Shown piece after piece: positions 1-9,282 of a stretch of 64,000 nt of DNA; position 1 is the first letter of the stretch, and each line of letters opens with the position of its first letter. The notes under the pieces are model-generated. The model was given only the letters and a program-made list of their open reading frames with translations. It did no database searches and was not told where the DNA came from. The DNA comes from an uncultured delta proteobacterium (GTDB lineage: Bacteria; Myxococcota_A; UBA9160; SMWR01), in NCBI GenBank assembly GCA_963832165.1, contig CAWHTE010000007.1, positions 352,001 through 416,000 of the forward strand. The letters are read 5' to 3'. Both the position numbers and the translations under genes were made by a program.

Positions 1-241
1 CTCGGGCGGGCAGATCTATGTGTCTGCGAACCACTGGCCGCGCGCATGGTATCGGCGCGCGTTGGCGAACCCGGACGTGCAGGCCACGATCGACGGCAAC
101 AAGGCCGACTATCGCGCCGTGCCCGTGACGGGCGAGGAGCACGATCGCGTCGACGCCGAGCATCCCCACTCGCCGTGGTTCCGGTTCATGACGGGCTACC
201 CGCCGAGACTCTTCGTGCGACTGGATCCGCGCCAGCCGTGA
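1..241 (+). CDS. 5'-truncated nitroreductase/deazaflavin(F420)-dependent reductase-like protein (DDN/DUF385-like)
   Basis: ORF open from the window edge; WYRRALANPDVQATI resembles the WYxNL.AnP.V motif of DDN-family split-barrel proteins. Confidence 0.5.
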   Translation, partial: SGGQIYVSANHWPRAWYRRALANPDVQATIDGNKADYRAVPVTGEEHDRVDAEHPHSPWFRFMTGYPPRLFVRLDPRQP

Positions 242-300
242 GCGCGGGTCCATCGGGCGCGGGAGATCTCGCGGTCCTGGGTTGATCGGAGTCGGGGCGG

Positions 301-1101
301 ATGCCGACGCTCTCCATCGATGAACGCCGCCTGAGCTACGAGGACTACGGGAGCGGCCGCGTCGCGCTGCTGATCCACGGATCGCCCGGGAATGCGCGCG
401 CGTGGACGCGAGTCGGTGAGCGACTCGCTGCGCGCTTTCGCGTCGTCGCGCCCGATCTGCCCGGCTACGGCGAGACCACGCCCCAGCCGCCCGAGCAGGA
501 GCCCGATGCGGGCTATGCGAGCGAGCTCGTCGAGGCGCTCGTGCGCGAGGTCGGCCCGCCCGCAGTGCTCGCGGGCCACTCGTACGGCGGCGTGGTCGCG
601 CTCTCGGTCGCGCTGCGCGGCAACGCGCCGATCCGCTCGCTCGCGCTGTTCGAGCCCGTCGCGCTGAAGATCCTGCCGCTCGCGGGCGCGTCCGACGCCT
701 TCGCGGCCGCGAAGGCCGTCTTCGACGACTACTTCGCGAGCTTCGCGGGCGGAGATCACAGGGCCGTGCGGAAGATGATCGATCTGTGGTTCGGCGACGG
801 TGCGTTCGCGAGCATGCCCGACTCGCTGACCTCGTACTTGATCAGCGACACGGCCTCGAACATCCGGGACGTTCGCGCGACGTTTCGCGAGAGCTACTCG
901 GTCGAGGCGTTCCGAAAGCTCGCGATGCCCGTGCTCTCGGTGGTCGGCGAACGGAGCCCGGAAGTCACGCATCGGATCGCGCGCGCGATCAGCGATTTCG
1001 CGCCGCACGGCGCGCTCGAGACGATGGCGGACGCCACGCACGCGCTCACCACTACACACGTGGAGGCCGTCGCCGACGCTATTTCGCGGGCCGCGCGTTA
1101 G
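301..1101 (+). CDS. alpha/beta fold hydrolase
   Basis: LLIHGSPG oxyanion motif, PDLPGYG, nucleophile elbow GHSYGG, C-terminal His. Confidence 0.9.
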   Translation: MPTLSIDERRLSYEDYGSGRVALLIHGSPGNARAWTRVGERLAARFRVVAPDLPGYGETTPQPPEQEPDAGYASELVEALVREVGPPAVLAGHSYGGVVALSVALRGNAPIRSLALFEPVALKILPLAGASDAFAAAKAVFDDYFASFAGGDHRAVRKMIDLWFGDGAFASMPDSLTSYLISDTASNIRDVRATFRESYSVEAFRKLAMPVLSVVGERSPEVTHRIARAISDFAPHGALETMADATHALTTTHVEAVADAISRAAR

Positions 1102-1738
1102 GACCGAAGCGCTCCCAGTGCAGGGATTCGTCGACGGGCCGACGCGGAGGGCGCCCGTACTTCCCGAGCGGCCAGCCGATCGGCAGCATCGCGCAGCTCG
1201 GCTGCTCCGGCGGCAGGCCAAGATAGGTGTCGATCTCGGCGTGGAATGCCAGGTGCAGCGTGGTGAGTGACGCGCCGAGCCCGACGGCGCGGCACGCGAG
1301 CAGCACGTTCTGGATGCACGGGAACAGCGCCTGGGTCTGCGGCTCGCCGCGGCGCTTCCAGCCCGCTACGAACAGCAGCACGGGCGCCTCGTGGAGGTGG
1401 TCCGCCAGGTATGTCGCGGCGCGCACGTTGCGGCGCTTCGCGTCGGGATAATCGGGCGACCGGGCCGCCTCGGCGGCCTGCTCGGCATAGCGGTGAAACG
1501 CGGTGCGATAGCGCTCCGCGATCCACGCGCGCCGCTCGCGCTCGGTCACCGCGACGAAGGTCCACGGCTGGCGGTTCCCGCCACTCGGCGCGAACGTGCC
1601 GGCCTCGCACACTTTGCGGATCAGCGCCGGCGGAACCGGATCGGGCCGCAGCCGGCGGATCGCGCGCGCGGTGCGGATCGCCTCGAACAGCCCCACGTCT
1701 TCGCCGAGTGCGTCGACGTCGATCGGGGCGTCGGTCAC
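1079..1738 (-). CDS. nitroreductase family protein
   Basis: RAIRRL, APSGGNRQPWTF, QNVLLACRAVGLGA motifs. Confidence 0.9.
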   Translation of the reverse strand: MTDAPIDVDALGEDVGLFEAIRTARAIRRLRPDPVPPALIRKVCEAGTFAPSGGNRQPWTFVAVTERERRAWIAERYRTAFHRYAEQAAEAARSPDYPDAKRRNVRAATYLADHLHEAPVLLFVAGWKRRGEPQTQALFPCIQNVLLACRAVGLGASLTTLHLAFHAEIDTYLGLPPEQPSCAMLPIGWPLGKYGRPPRRPVDESLHWERFGPNARPAK

Positions 1739-1747
1739 GGTTCGCTC

Positions 1748-2173
1748 CTAGAGCTTCGTCTTGCCGAGTGCGAGGATGCGCGCGAACGCGCGCGGCTCGA
1801 TCGGCATCACCGAGAGCCGACCCTGGCGCACGAGCGCGATCTGCGCGAGCGCGGCATCGCGCTTGATCTCCGCGAGCGTCACCGGCTCCCGCAGCGCCGC
1901 CACGGTCGCGAGGTCGACTACCACCCAGCGCTCGTCGTCCGTCGTGGGATCGGGATAGGCCGCCTTAACGACCTTCACGACGCCGACGATCTCCTTGTCC
2001 TCACCGCTGTGATAGAAGAGCGCGAGGTCGCCCGCGCGCATCGCCTGCAGGTTGTTGCGCGCCTGCGGGTTGCGCACGCCGTCCCAGCGCGTGCGGCCGT
2101 CCTTCACGAGCTCGTCCCAGCCGTAGGTGTCGGGATCGGACTTCACGAGCCAGTGCGAGAGTGCGCGCGGCAC
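1748..2173 (-). CDS. EVE domain-containing protein
   Basis: HWLVKSDPDTYGW, WDGVRNPQARNNL, LFYHS, RLSVMP; GTG start overlaps the upstream stop. Confidence 0.9.
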   Translation of the reverse strand: MPRALSHWLVKSDPDTYGWDELVKDGRTRWDGVRNPQARNNLQAMRAGDLALFYHSGEDKEIVGVVKVVKAAYPDPTTDDERWVVVDLATVAALREPVTLAEIKRDAALAQIALVRQGRLSVMPIEPRAFARILALGKTKL

Positions 2174-3378
2174 TACTGGAGGTCCTCGGGCGTGTGGCGG
2201 CGCGTGTACTCGTGCGCGAGATGGGCGACCAGCGAGCGCGGCGCGAGCCGCTGCGAAGCGTTCGCGCGCAGCCAGTTCCACCAGCCCGACACCACGGACG
2301 GCTGGCGTCCGAGCGCTTCGAGCGCGACTTCGACCACGGCCTCGGGCGACTCGCCCGCGTGCGGTAGCTCGCCGGCCACGCCGTGGAACTCGCTCTCCGT
2401 CGAGCCGGGCTCCACGACGAGCACGTCGACCCCGAAGCGGCGCTGCTCGACGTAGAGCGCCTCGCCTAGCAGCTGGTCGAATGCCTTCGTGGCCGCGTAC
2501 ACGTTGTGCAGCGGCAACGGCTGCCGGCCCGCGACCGATCCCGTGAAGATGATCGCGCCGCGGCCGCGCTCCTGCATGCGCGGCAAGAGCCTCCGCGCGA
2601 GCAGCATCGGCGCGACACAGTTGACGGTCACCATGTCGCGCAAGCGTTCGGCCTGGAGCTTGTCGAAGCGGCCCGCGGCGCCGAAGCCCGCGTTGTTCAC
2701 GAGCACTGCGATCGGGAGGTCCGACACCGCGCGTGCGACGCGCTCGGCGCCCTCGGCGTTGGCGAGGTCCTCCGCCACCACCCGTGTCTCCACCGAGAAG
2801 GCCTTCTCGAGGTCCGATGCGAGCGCGTCGAGCCGGTCGGCGCGCCGCGCCGAGAGCACCACCGACATCCCCTCGCGCGCGAGCGCGCGCGCGAACGCCT
2901 CGCCGATCCCGGCCGACGCGCCGGTCACGAGCGCCCAGTCGCCGTAGCGCTCGCGCATCGGCACGCGCTCTTCGCCGAACAGTTGCTCGGCCTCCCAGAG
3001 CGCGCGCGCGAGCAGCGCAAACGGCACGAATGCGATCATTCCGAGCAACAGGCCGAAGCTCTTCTCGTAGATCAGCGGCCACACGAGCATGCCGACCGCC
3101 ACAGAGCCCACGTACACGGCCGCCCACGGCCACAACCACGAGCGCATGCGGTAGAAGCCGTAGAAGCCCGCCGCATAGATCGCCCAGTGCAGCGGCTCGG
3201 TGAGCTTCGCGCCCCAGCCCGTGAACATGATCCCGACCCAGACCTCCTCGTCGCGCGAGACCGGCTTCCAGAGGAAGTCCCACGGCACGTACACGAACGC
3301 CATGTACGCGCAGAACACCATCAGCGCGTTGATCCAGGCCGGGCGCCCGGAGAAGACATCGGAAAGCCAATCGCGCAC
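2173..3378 (-). CDS. SDR family oxidoreductase with an N-terminal multi-pass membrane domain
   Basis: ALVTGASAGIG, NNAG and YAATK SDR motifs; about 140 aa hydrophobic N-terminus; GTG start inferred. Confidence 0.85.
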   Translation of the reverse strand: MRDWLSDVFSGRPAWINALMVFCAYMAFVYVPWDFLWKPVSRDEEVWVGIMFTGWGAKLTEPLHWAIYAAGFYGFYRMRSWLWPWAAVYVGSVAVGMLVWPLIYEKSFGLLLGMIAFVPFALLARALWEAEQLFGEERVPMRERYGDWALVTGASAGIGEAFARALAREGMSVVLSARRADRLDALASDLEKAFSVETRVVAEDLANAEGAERVARAVSDLPIAVLVNNAGFGAAGRFDKLQAERLRDMVTVNCVAPMLLARRLLPRMQERGRGAIIFTGSVAGRQPLPLHNVYAATKAFDQLLGEALYVEQRRFGVDVLVVEPGSTESEFHGVAGELPHAGESPEAVVEVALEALGRQPSVVSGWWNWLRANASQRLAPRSLVAHLAHEYTRRHTPEDLQ

Positions 3379-3441
3379 GGATCGACCTCGGGGGCCGGAG
3401 TAGAATGACGCAGCTACACGAAAGTGGGGAGGGAAAGAAGC

Positions 3442-4632
3442 GTGGGACCGCTCGACGGAATCCGGATCCTCGACCTCACCATCGCGCTCTCGGGACCGTG
3501 GGCGGTCGGGATCCTCGCGGATCAGGGCGCCGATGTGGTGAAGGTGGAGCCGCCCGGGATCGGCGACATCGGGCGCTGGGTGGGCCCTGCAATCGGCGGC
3601 GTCTCCGCGATGGCGCAGATCGCCAACCGCGGCAAGCGCTCGATCGCGATCAACCTTCACACCGAACCCGGCCGCGAGATCGCGCGCGCGCTCGCCGCGC
3701 GCGCGGACGTGTTCGTGCAGAACTTCCGCCCCGGCGTGATCGAGCGGCTCGGGCTGGGCTACGACGTGCTCTCGGCGTCGAATCCGGGCCTCGTGTACGT
3801 CTCGATCAGCGGCTTCGGCGCGTCGGGACCCTACGCGCACAAGAGCGCCTACGACCCGGTCGTGCAGGCCTACGGCGGCCTGGCCGCGGTACAAGCGGGC
3901 GCGAGCGGCGAGCCGCAGCTGATCCGCCACACCGCCGCCGACAAGATCACCTCGCTCACCGCCGCGCAGGCGATCACCGCAGCGCTGTTCGCGCGCGAGC
4001 GAAGTCGATCCGGCGCCGGTGGACAGCACCTCGAGCTCTCGATGCTCGAGAGCGTGATGAGCTTCGTGTGGGCCGACGCCGCGGGCAACGAGGTGCTGCT
4101 CGACTCCGACGGAAAGCAGCCGTCGAGCTTCTCGCGCGATCAGAAGCTCTGGCCGACCAAGGATGGCTACGTGATCGCGGCGCCGGTTTCCGACGACGAC
4201 GTCGCGGCGATCTGCCGCGGTGTCGGCGTGGACGGCTACGACGATCCGAAGGTCGCGACGATCATCGCGCGCCGGCAGAACACGGAGGCGTTCCAGGCGC
4301 TGTTGCGGCGCGTGTACGCCGCGGTGGGCAACATGACCACGGCCGAGGCGATCCGCGGCATGGAGCGCGAGCGCGCGCCGTGCGGTGCCGTGCTAGGCCC
4401 CGCCGAGCACCACCTCGACCCGCAGGTGGTCGCGCTCGGTGTGCTCGAAGACTCGCTCCACCCCGCTGCGGGGCGCCTGCGCCAGCCGCGCCCGCCCGCG
4501 CGCTTCGCGGCGACGCCCGCGAAGACGGGCGCGCCCGCGCCCACGATCGGCCAGCACACCGACGAGATTCTCGCCGAGCTCGGCATGCGCGAGCAGATCG
4601 CCGCACTGCGCGCGGCGGGATCGGTGGCCTGA
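3442..4632 (+). CDS. CoA transferase family III (CaiB/BaiF)
   Basis: LDGIRILDL, LADQGADVVKVEPP, NRGKRSI, NFRPG, GQHTDEIL. Confidence 0.92.
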   Translation: MGPLDGIRILDLTIALSGPWAVGILADQGADVVKVEPPGIGDIGRWVGPAIGGVSAMAQIANRGKRSIAINLHTEPGREIARALAARADVFVQNFRPGVIERLGLGYDVLSASNPGLVYVSISGFGASGPYAHKSAYDPVVQAYGGLAAVQAGASGEPQLIRHTAADKITSLTAAQAITAALFARERSRSGAGGQHLELSMLESVMSFVWADAAGNEVLLDSDGKQPSSFSRDQKLWPTKDGYVIAAPVSDDDVAAICRGVGVDGYDDPKVATIIARRQNTEAFQALLRRVYAAVGNMTTAEAIRGMERERAPCGAVLGPAEHHLDPQVVALGVLEDSLHPAAGRLRQPRPPARFAATPAKTGAPAPTIGQHTDEILAELGMREQIAALRAAGSVA

Positions 4633-4637
4633 GCTCG

Positions 4638-5159
4638 ATGTCGCGGTCCGCGAAGATCGTCGCGATCTGCGCGGGCCACCTGGCCTCGCTCGCAGCCGCT
4701 TGTGCGGCGGGCTGGGCATACAACGCACGCGTCTCGGCACTGCCCTACGACACGTCGGGCGGCATGTACGCCGGAGGCGAGGCGCTCACGGCGCTCGCTG
4801 CGTTCGCCGCCCTCGCGCTGCCGACGACGCTCGTCGCGCTCCTCTTCCTGCGCAGCCAGGAGCGGTTCTGGCACGGGGTCGCCGTGCTCTCGCTCGCGTT
4901 CGCGAGCGCGGGTCTGCTCGCGGTGCTGTCGCCACTCGTGATTCCCGGCGTGGAGGGCCACCCCGTCCTCTGGCCGCTCGGCCTGCTCTGGCTCGCCCAG
5001 CTGCTCGGTGTGCCGCTGTGGACGGTGGCCTTCGCGCTGCTCGCGGTGATCGCTCCGACGTGGCGGACACGCCGGCTGCTGCTCGCCGCGACCGGCATCG
5101 AGCTCGTGATCGCAGTCTGCGCCGCGATCCACTGGTTCGTGCCGTCGCCGCCGTTCTAG
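4638..5159 (+). CDS. hypothetical membrane protein
   Basis: ATG 6 nt after the upstream stop; several hydrophobic helices. Confidence 0.65.
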   Translation: MSRSAKIVAICAGHLASLAAACAAGWAYNARVSALPYDTSGGMYAGGEALTALAAFAALALPTTLVALLFLRSQERFWHGVAVLSLAFASAGLLAVLSPLVIPGVEGHPVLWPLGLLWLAQLLGVPLWTVAFALLAVIAPTWRTRRLLLAATGIELVIAVCAAIHWFVPSPPF

Positions 5160-5161
5160 CG

Positions 5162-5893
5162 CTAGTTCTGCTTCTCGCTCTCGCCGCGCAGCGGCACGAA
5201 GCGCACCGGCATCAGGCGTTTGCGCTCGATGCCGCGATCGGTCTTCGTATAGAGCCAGAGCTCCTGATCGAAGCTCGGGCCCACCGGGATCACGAGCCGG
5301 CCGCCCGGCGCGAGCTGCTCGAGCAGCGCGGGCGGCACGTGATCGGGCGCCGCGGTGACGAGGATCGCCTCGAACGGCGCCACCTCGGGCCAGCCGCGGT
5401 AGCCGTCGCCCGTGCGCGTGTGGACGTTGGTGCAGCCGAGCCGCTCGAGGTCGGCCTTCGCGCGCGCGGCGAGCGCGGCCTCGATCTCGATCGTGTAGAC
5501 CTCACGCGCGAGCTCCGAGAGCACCGCGGCCTGGTAGCCCGAACCCGTGCCCACTTCGAGCACGCGCTCGCTGCCCGTGAGCGCGGCGGCTTCGCTCATC
5601 GCCGCGACGATGTAGGGCTGCGAGATCGTCTGGCCCGCGCCGATCGGCAACGGATTGTCGTCGTACGCGTCGGCGCGCTCGCCGTCCGGCACCAGCTCGT
5701 GGCGCGGCACCCGGCCCATCGCCTCGAGCACGCGCGCGTCGCGGATCCCTCGCGCGGCGAGCTGCTCGCGCACCATGCGCGCGCGCGACTCGGCGTAGTC
5801 GTCGCTCATCGGCGCGGGCACCTCGCGCGAGCCTCCGCCACACCCGAGCCACCAGAGCGAGGCGAGCAGCATGCTGCGGATCCGGGGTTGCAC
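5162..5893 (-). CDS. pcm: protein-L-isoaspartate O-methyltransferase with a lipoprotein-like leader
   Basis: IGAGQTISQPY, VLEVGTGSGYQAA, APFEAILVTAA, GGRLVIPVG, VRFVPL. Confidence 0.93.
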   Translation of the reverse strand: MQPRIRSMLLASLWWLGCGGGSREVPAPMSDDYAESRARMVREQLAARGIRDARVLEAMGRVPRHELVPDGERADAYDDNPLPIGAGQTISQPYIVAAMSEAAALTGSERVLEVGTGSGYQAAVLSELAREVYTIEIEAALAARAKADLERLGCTNVHTRTGDGYRGWPEVAPFEAILVTAAPDHVPPALLEQLAPGGRLVIPVGPSFDQELWLYTKTDRGIERKRLMPVRFVPLRGESEKQN

Positions 5894-5897
5894 CGAC

Positions 5898-6662
5898 TCA
5901 CACCTCGAACACCACCTGACGCAGCCCCCAGGTGATCGGAGGCGCCGGCTCCTCGCCGTCGCGCAGCGCCGCGAGGGCTTCTCCGAGTTCGTCGCGCTCG
6001 GAGGCCGTCGTGCGCGCCGCCACGGCCGCGTGATCGCGCAGCGTCTCCCAGTTCAATGAGAACATACCGGCCGCATCGCGCGGGTCGACCGCGAGCTCGC
6101 GCACGCGGCTCTCGCGCACGCGCGCGTCGCGCACTGCGAGCGCGCCGATCCGCGCGCCCACGTAGAGACACTGCGACTGCGCCGCGAGCACCGCCTCGAC
6201 CAGCGCGAGATAGCGCCGGAACGGTTCGCCGTCGCTGCGGATCCACTCGACCTCGTCGAGGAGCAGGCGACCGCCGCGCGCGAGCTGCGACGCGAACAGG
6301 CCGATCGCGGCCTCGGGATCGGCGAGGTGCGAGACCAGGAAGCGCGCGAAGAGCGTGTCGGCGCGGCCGCAGGGGTAGGGCGCGGCGAGCGCGTCATGGC
6401 ACAAGAACTCGCAGCCCGCGGGCGCGCGCTCCTGCGCGAGCTCGACGTATGCGGGCGACGCGTCGAGTCCCACGCAGCGCTCGCTCGAGAGCACGCGCGC
6501 GAGCAGCTCGGTGGTGTGGCCGGGACCGCAGCCGAGGTCGACCGCGACTGCGCTGCCGCGCCGGCCCCAGGCCGCGATGAAGTCTTCCGATGCGGGCTCG
6601 AACACGCGCGCGACCAGCGCGAGGCGGCGCGCCGCGCGCTCGGAATCGCCGAACGCGTACAT
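5898..6662 (-). CDS. class I SAM-dependent methyltransferase
   Basis: VDLGCGPG motif I, GLDAS, GGRLLL; alternative start at ATG 6764 would add a repeat-encoded N-terminus. Confidence 0.8.
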   Translation of the reverse strand: MYAFGDSERAARRLALVARVFEPASEDFIAAWGRRGSAVAVDLGCGPGHTTELLARVLSSERCVGLDASPAYVELAQERAPAGCEFLCHDALAAPYPCGRADTLFARFLVSHLADPEAAIGLFASQLARGGRLLLDEVEWIRSDGEPFRRYLALVEAVLAAQSQCLYVGARIGALAVRDARVRESRVRELAVDPRDAAGMFSLNWETLRDHAAVAARTTASERDELGEALAALRDGEEPAPPITWGLRQVVFEV

Positions 6663-6705
6663 TGCCGGGCCTGCGCGCTCGCTGCTCGCTCGCGCTCGGG
6701 CTCCT

Positions 6706-6760
6706 GCCTTCGCTCGGCTCCGCCTCGCTGCGCGTCGGCCGACTTCGTCGGCCTCCTTGC
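6706..6760 (-). repeat. dispersed repeat, subtype B
   Basis: Minus strand gcaaggaggccgacgaagtcggccgacgcgcagcgaggcggagccgagcgaaggc; near-identical to 46373-46427 and 48016-48080. Confidence 0.9.
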
Positions 6761-7255
6761 TCATGCCCCGCCTGATGGTCTTCGCTCGCCTTCGGCTCGC
6801 TGCGCGAAACTTGCGGCCTCGATCACCTCGCGCGGCGCCTGCACGAGCTCGATCAGCACGCCCTCGCCACCGTTCTTCGGGTGGATGAAGCAGACGTCGT
6901 GCCCGGCCGCGCCCTTGCGGATGCCGCCCGGCGTGAAGCGGACGCCCTGGGCTTCGAGCCACGGCACCGCCGCGGCGAGGTCGTCCACCCAGAGTCCGAC
7001 ATGGTTCAGCGCGGGGTCGTGCACCTTCGGCTTGCCGTTCGGGTCGATCGGCTGCATCAGGTCGACCTCGACGCGGTGCGGACCCGCACCCGCCACCGCG
7101 ATGTCCTCGTCGACGTTCTCGCGCTCGCTGCGGAACTCGCCCTCGAGCGTGAGGCCCAGGAGATCGATCCAGAGCCGGCGCAGCGCGAGCTTGTCGGGCC
7201 CACCCACGGCGATCTGCTGCAATCCGAGCACCTTGAACGGTCGCGCCGCCATCAC
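6761..7255 (-). CDS. VOC/glyoxalase family protein (methylmalonyl-CoA epimerase-like)
   Basis: [35 protein letters not shown]-terminus encoded by the repeat. Confidence 0.85.
   Translation of the reverse strand: MMAARPFKVLGLQQIAVGGPDKLALRRLWIDLLGLTLEGEFRSERENVDEDIAVAGAGPHRVEVDLMQPIDPNGKPKVHDPALNHVGLWVDDLAAAVPWLEAQGVRFTPGGIRKGAAGHDVCFIHPKNGGEGVLIELVQAPREVIEAASFAQRAEGERRPSGGA
6777..6816 (-). repeat. dispersed repeat, subtype A (40 bp)
   Basis: ccgcaagtttcgcgcagcgagccgaaggcgagcgaagacc, identical to 11690-11729 and 51563-51602. Confidence 0.95.
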
Positions 7256-7863
7256 TCGCTTCCTCCATCGAAATCAGTCCCGATCCAGTAGCGCTCGGTC
7301 GTGCCCTTGCGGCTCGCGTCCGGGCGCAGCGAGCGCGCGCTCGCGAACCGAGCGCGCAGGCGCTGCTCCGCGGCCTGTGCCTCGGGACCCTCCATGAGCT
7401 TGAGCACGAGCGAACCCCCGCGCCGCAAAAGATCCGGCAGCGCGTCCTCGATCGCGGCGAGCAGCGACTCCTCGTGCGCGCGGTCCGTCGCGCGCACGCC
7501 CGTGAGCTTGGGCGCCGCGTCCGAGAGCAGCACGTCGGCCGGGCCGCCCGCTGCGGCGAGAACCGCTTCCCGGACCGCGGGTTGCGCGAGATCGCCCACT
7601 AAAGCGATCGCGTTCGCAAACTCGAGTGCGGGCTCGATCGCGGCCAGATCCACGCCCACCACGCGGCCCGTGGGCCCGACCTCGCGCGCGGCCACCTGCA
7701 TCCAGCCGCCCGGCCAGCAGCCGAGGTCGATCACGCGCTGGCCGTGCCGGAGCACCGACGTGCGGCGCTGGATCTCGATCAGCTTGTAGGCCGCGCGCGA
7801 GCGATAGCCCTCGCGCTTCGCGCGCTGGTGGAAGGAGTCCTTGCGCTGGTAGGGGCGGGCCAT
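7252..7863 (-). CDS. rlmE: 23S rRNA Um2552 2'-O-methyltransferase
   Basis: [39 protein letters not shown]. Confidence 0.92.
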   Translation of the reverse strand: MARPYQRKDSFHQRAKREGYRSRAAYKLIEIQRRTSVLRHGQRVIDLGCWPGGWMQVAAREVGPTGRVVGVDLAAIEPALEFANAIALVGDLAQPAVREAVLAAAGGPADVLLSDAAPKLTGVRATDRAHEESLLAAIEDALPDLLRRGGSLVLKLMEGPEAQAAEQRLRARFASARSLRPDASRKGTTERYWIGTDFDGGSE

Positions 7864-7878
7864 GGCCGGCCCCGCGGC

Positions 7879-8523
7879 CTACCCGCGGGCCTTCACCGAG
7901 GCGCGAACGCGCACCACCCCGTCGTTGTGGCCGGGAACACCGCCGCGCACGAACAGCAGGCGCTTCTCGGGGTCGACGCGCACCACCTCGAGGTTCAGCG
8001 TGGTGACGCGCGCGTCGCCCATATGGCCCGGCATGCGCAGGCCCTTGATCACGCGGCCCGGGTACGAGCCGGGGCCGATCGAGCCGCCGTGGCGAAAGAC
8101 TTCGTGGGTGCCGTGGGTGCGCTTCTTGATCGAGAAATGGTGCCGCCTCACCACGCCCTGGTAGCCCTTGCCCTTCGAGGTGCCGATCACGTCTACGCGC
8201 TGGCCCGGGCTGAAGATGTCGACGGCGATCTCCCCGCCCACTTCGTACTTCTCGAGCTCCTCCGCGGGAACTCGGCTCTCGCGCAGCGCCTTGGGCGGCG
8301 GCACGTTGGCCTTCGCCGCGTGTCCCTGGAGCGGCTTGTTCGCGTGGCGCTGCGCGCGCTCGCCATAGCCGAGCTGGAGCGCGCTGTAGCCGTCGCGCTC
8401 GAGCGTCTTCTTCTGGACGATCCGATTGGGCTGCGCGTCCAGCACGGTGACGGGGATGCACTCCCCGGCCTCGTTGAAGAGCTGGGTCATGCCGATCTTG
8501 CGGCACATGAACTCGATCGCCAC
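7879..8523 (-). CDS. rplC: 50S ribosomal protein L3 (outside the S10 operon)
   Basis: RKIGMTQ, DGYSALQLG, SKGKGYQG, PGRVIKGLRMPGHMG, RGGVPG; GTG start inferred. Confidence 0.95.
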   Translation of the reverse strand: MAIEFMCRKIGMTQLFNEAGECIPVTVLDAQPNRIVQKKTLERDGYSALQLGYGERAQRHANKPLQGHAAKANVPPPKALRESRVPAEELEKYEVGGEIAVDIFSPGQRVDVIGTSKGKGYQGVVRRHHFSIKKRTHGTHEVFRHGGSIGPGSYPGRVIKGLRMPGHMGDARVTTLNLEVVRVDPEKRLLFVRGGVPGHNDGVVRVRASVKARG

Positions 8524-8640
8524 GGGATGCCTCGGAGGCCCGGAGGGTTGGGGCCTGGAAGGGGAAAGAAGGGCGCCCACTATAGAAAGTGACCCGGGGG
8601 CTGTCGAGCGGGTCCCGGCGGGGAAGGGATCGCTTCCCGG

Positions 8641-9282
8641 CTACGGGACCTCGCGCACGAGCAGCCCCGTCGTCGACACGCGCACCTCGTAGCTCGCGGC
8701 GCGGTCCGCGCGCGTGAACGTGCTCGAGCCGTACTCGGCGTCGACGAGCGGAGCCAGCCACGGCAGGCGCGCGCGCCACGCGAACAGATCGACGCGGTGC
8801 TCGGGCGAGAGCGGGAACACGGTGCGCGGGCGCTGCTGCTCGTCTTCGATCCGCGTGTAGCGCCCCGTGACGCGGTCGAGCTCGTACGCGGTGTGGAGTC
8901 CGAGCAGGTTCGCCCAGGGATGCCACTTCAGGATCCGCGCCTCGATCGCGAACTGATCGCCCGCGAGCACGTAGTTGGCCTCGCTGCCGTCGGGCAGCAC
9001 GATCCGCGCCTCGAACGCCTGCGGGCCGGTCGGCACGGTGTAGACGGTCGCCGCGAGCTCCTCGAACGTGAGCGCGCGATAGCCCGACAGGCCCGCGATC
9101 ACCACCGCACACAGCGCGCTCGCCGCGAGCAGCGCGAGCGCGAGCAGCAGCGAGAGCGCGCCCGCGCCGAGCCGCATGGCGCCGCGCGGCGAGCGGCGCA
9201 CCAGCGCGATCGCCACGACCGCGCACAGCGCGGCGCTCGCTGCGCACAGCGCTGCGGCGTAGAACAGCGGATCGAAGGTCAT
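8641..9282 (-). CDS. hypothetical membrane-anchored protein
   Basis: Two N-terminal TM segments, then a soluble domain (LAGDQF, LKWHPW, DAEYGS); start overlaps the upstream stop. Confidence 0.65.
   Translation of the reverse strand: MTFDPLFYAAALCAASAALCAVVAIALVRRSPRGAMRLGAGALSLLLALALLAASALCAVVIAGLSGYRALTFEELAATVYTVPTGPQAFEARIVLPDGSEANYVLAGDQFAIEARILKWHPWANLLGLHTAYELDRVTGRYTRIEDEQQRPRTVFPLSPEHRVDLFAWRARLPWLAPLVDAEYGSSTFTRADRAASYEVRVSTTGLLVREVP

Noticed and set aside
7324..7334. Isolated gcgcagcgag matches (also about 40471, 48153 and 51798)
   Set aside because: They lack the downstream stem-loop and GAGCGRAG, and are expected by chance at this GC content.
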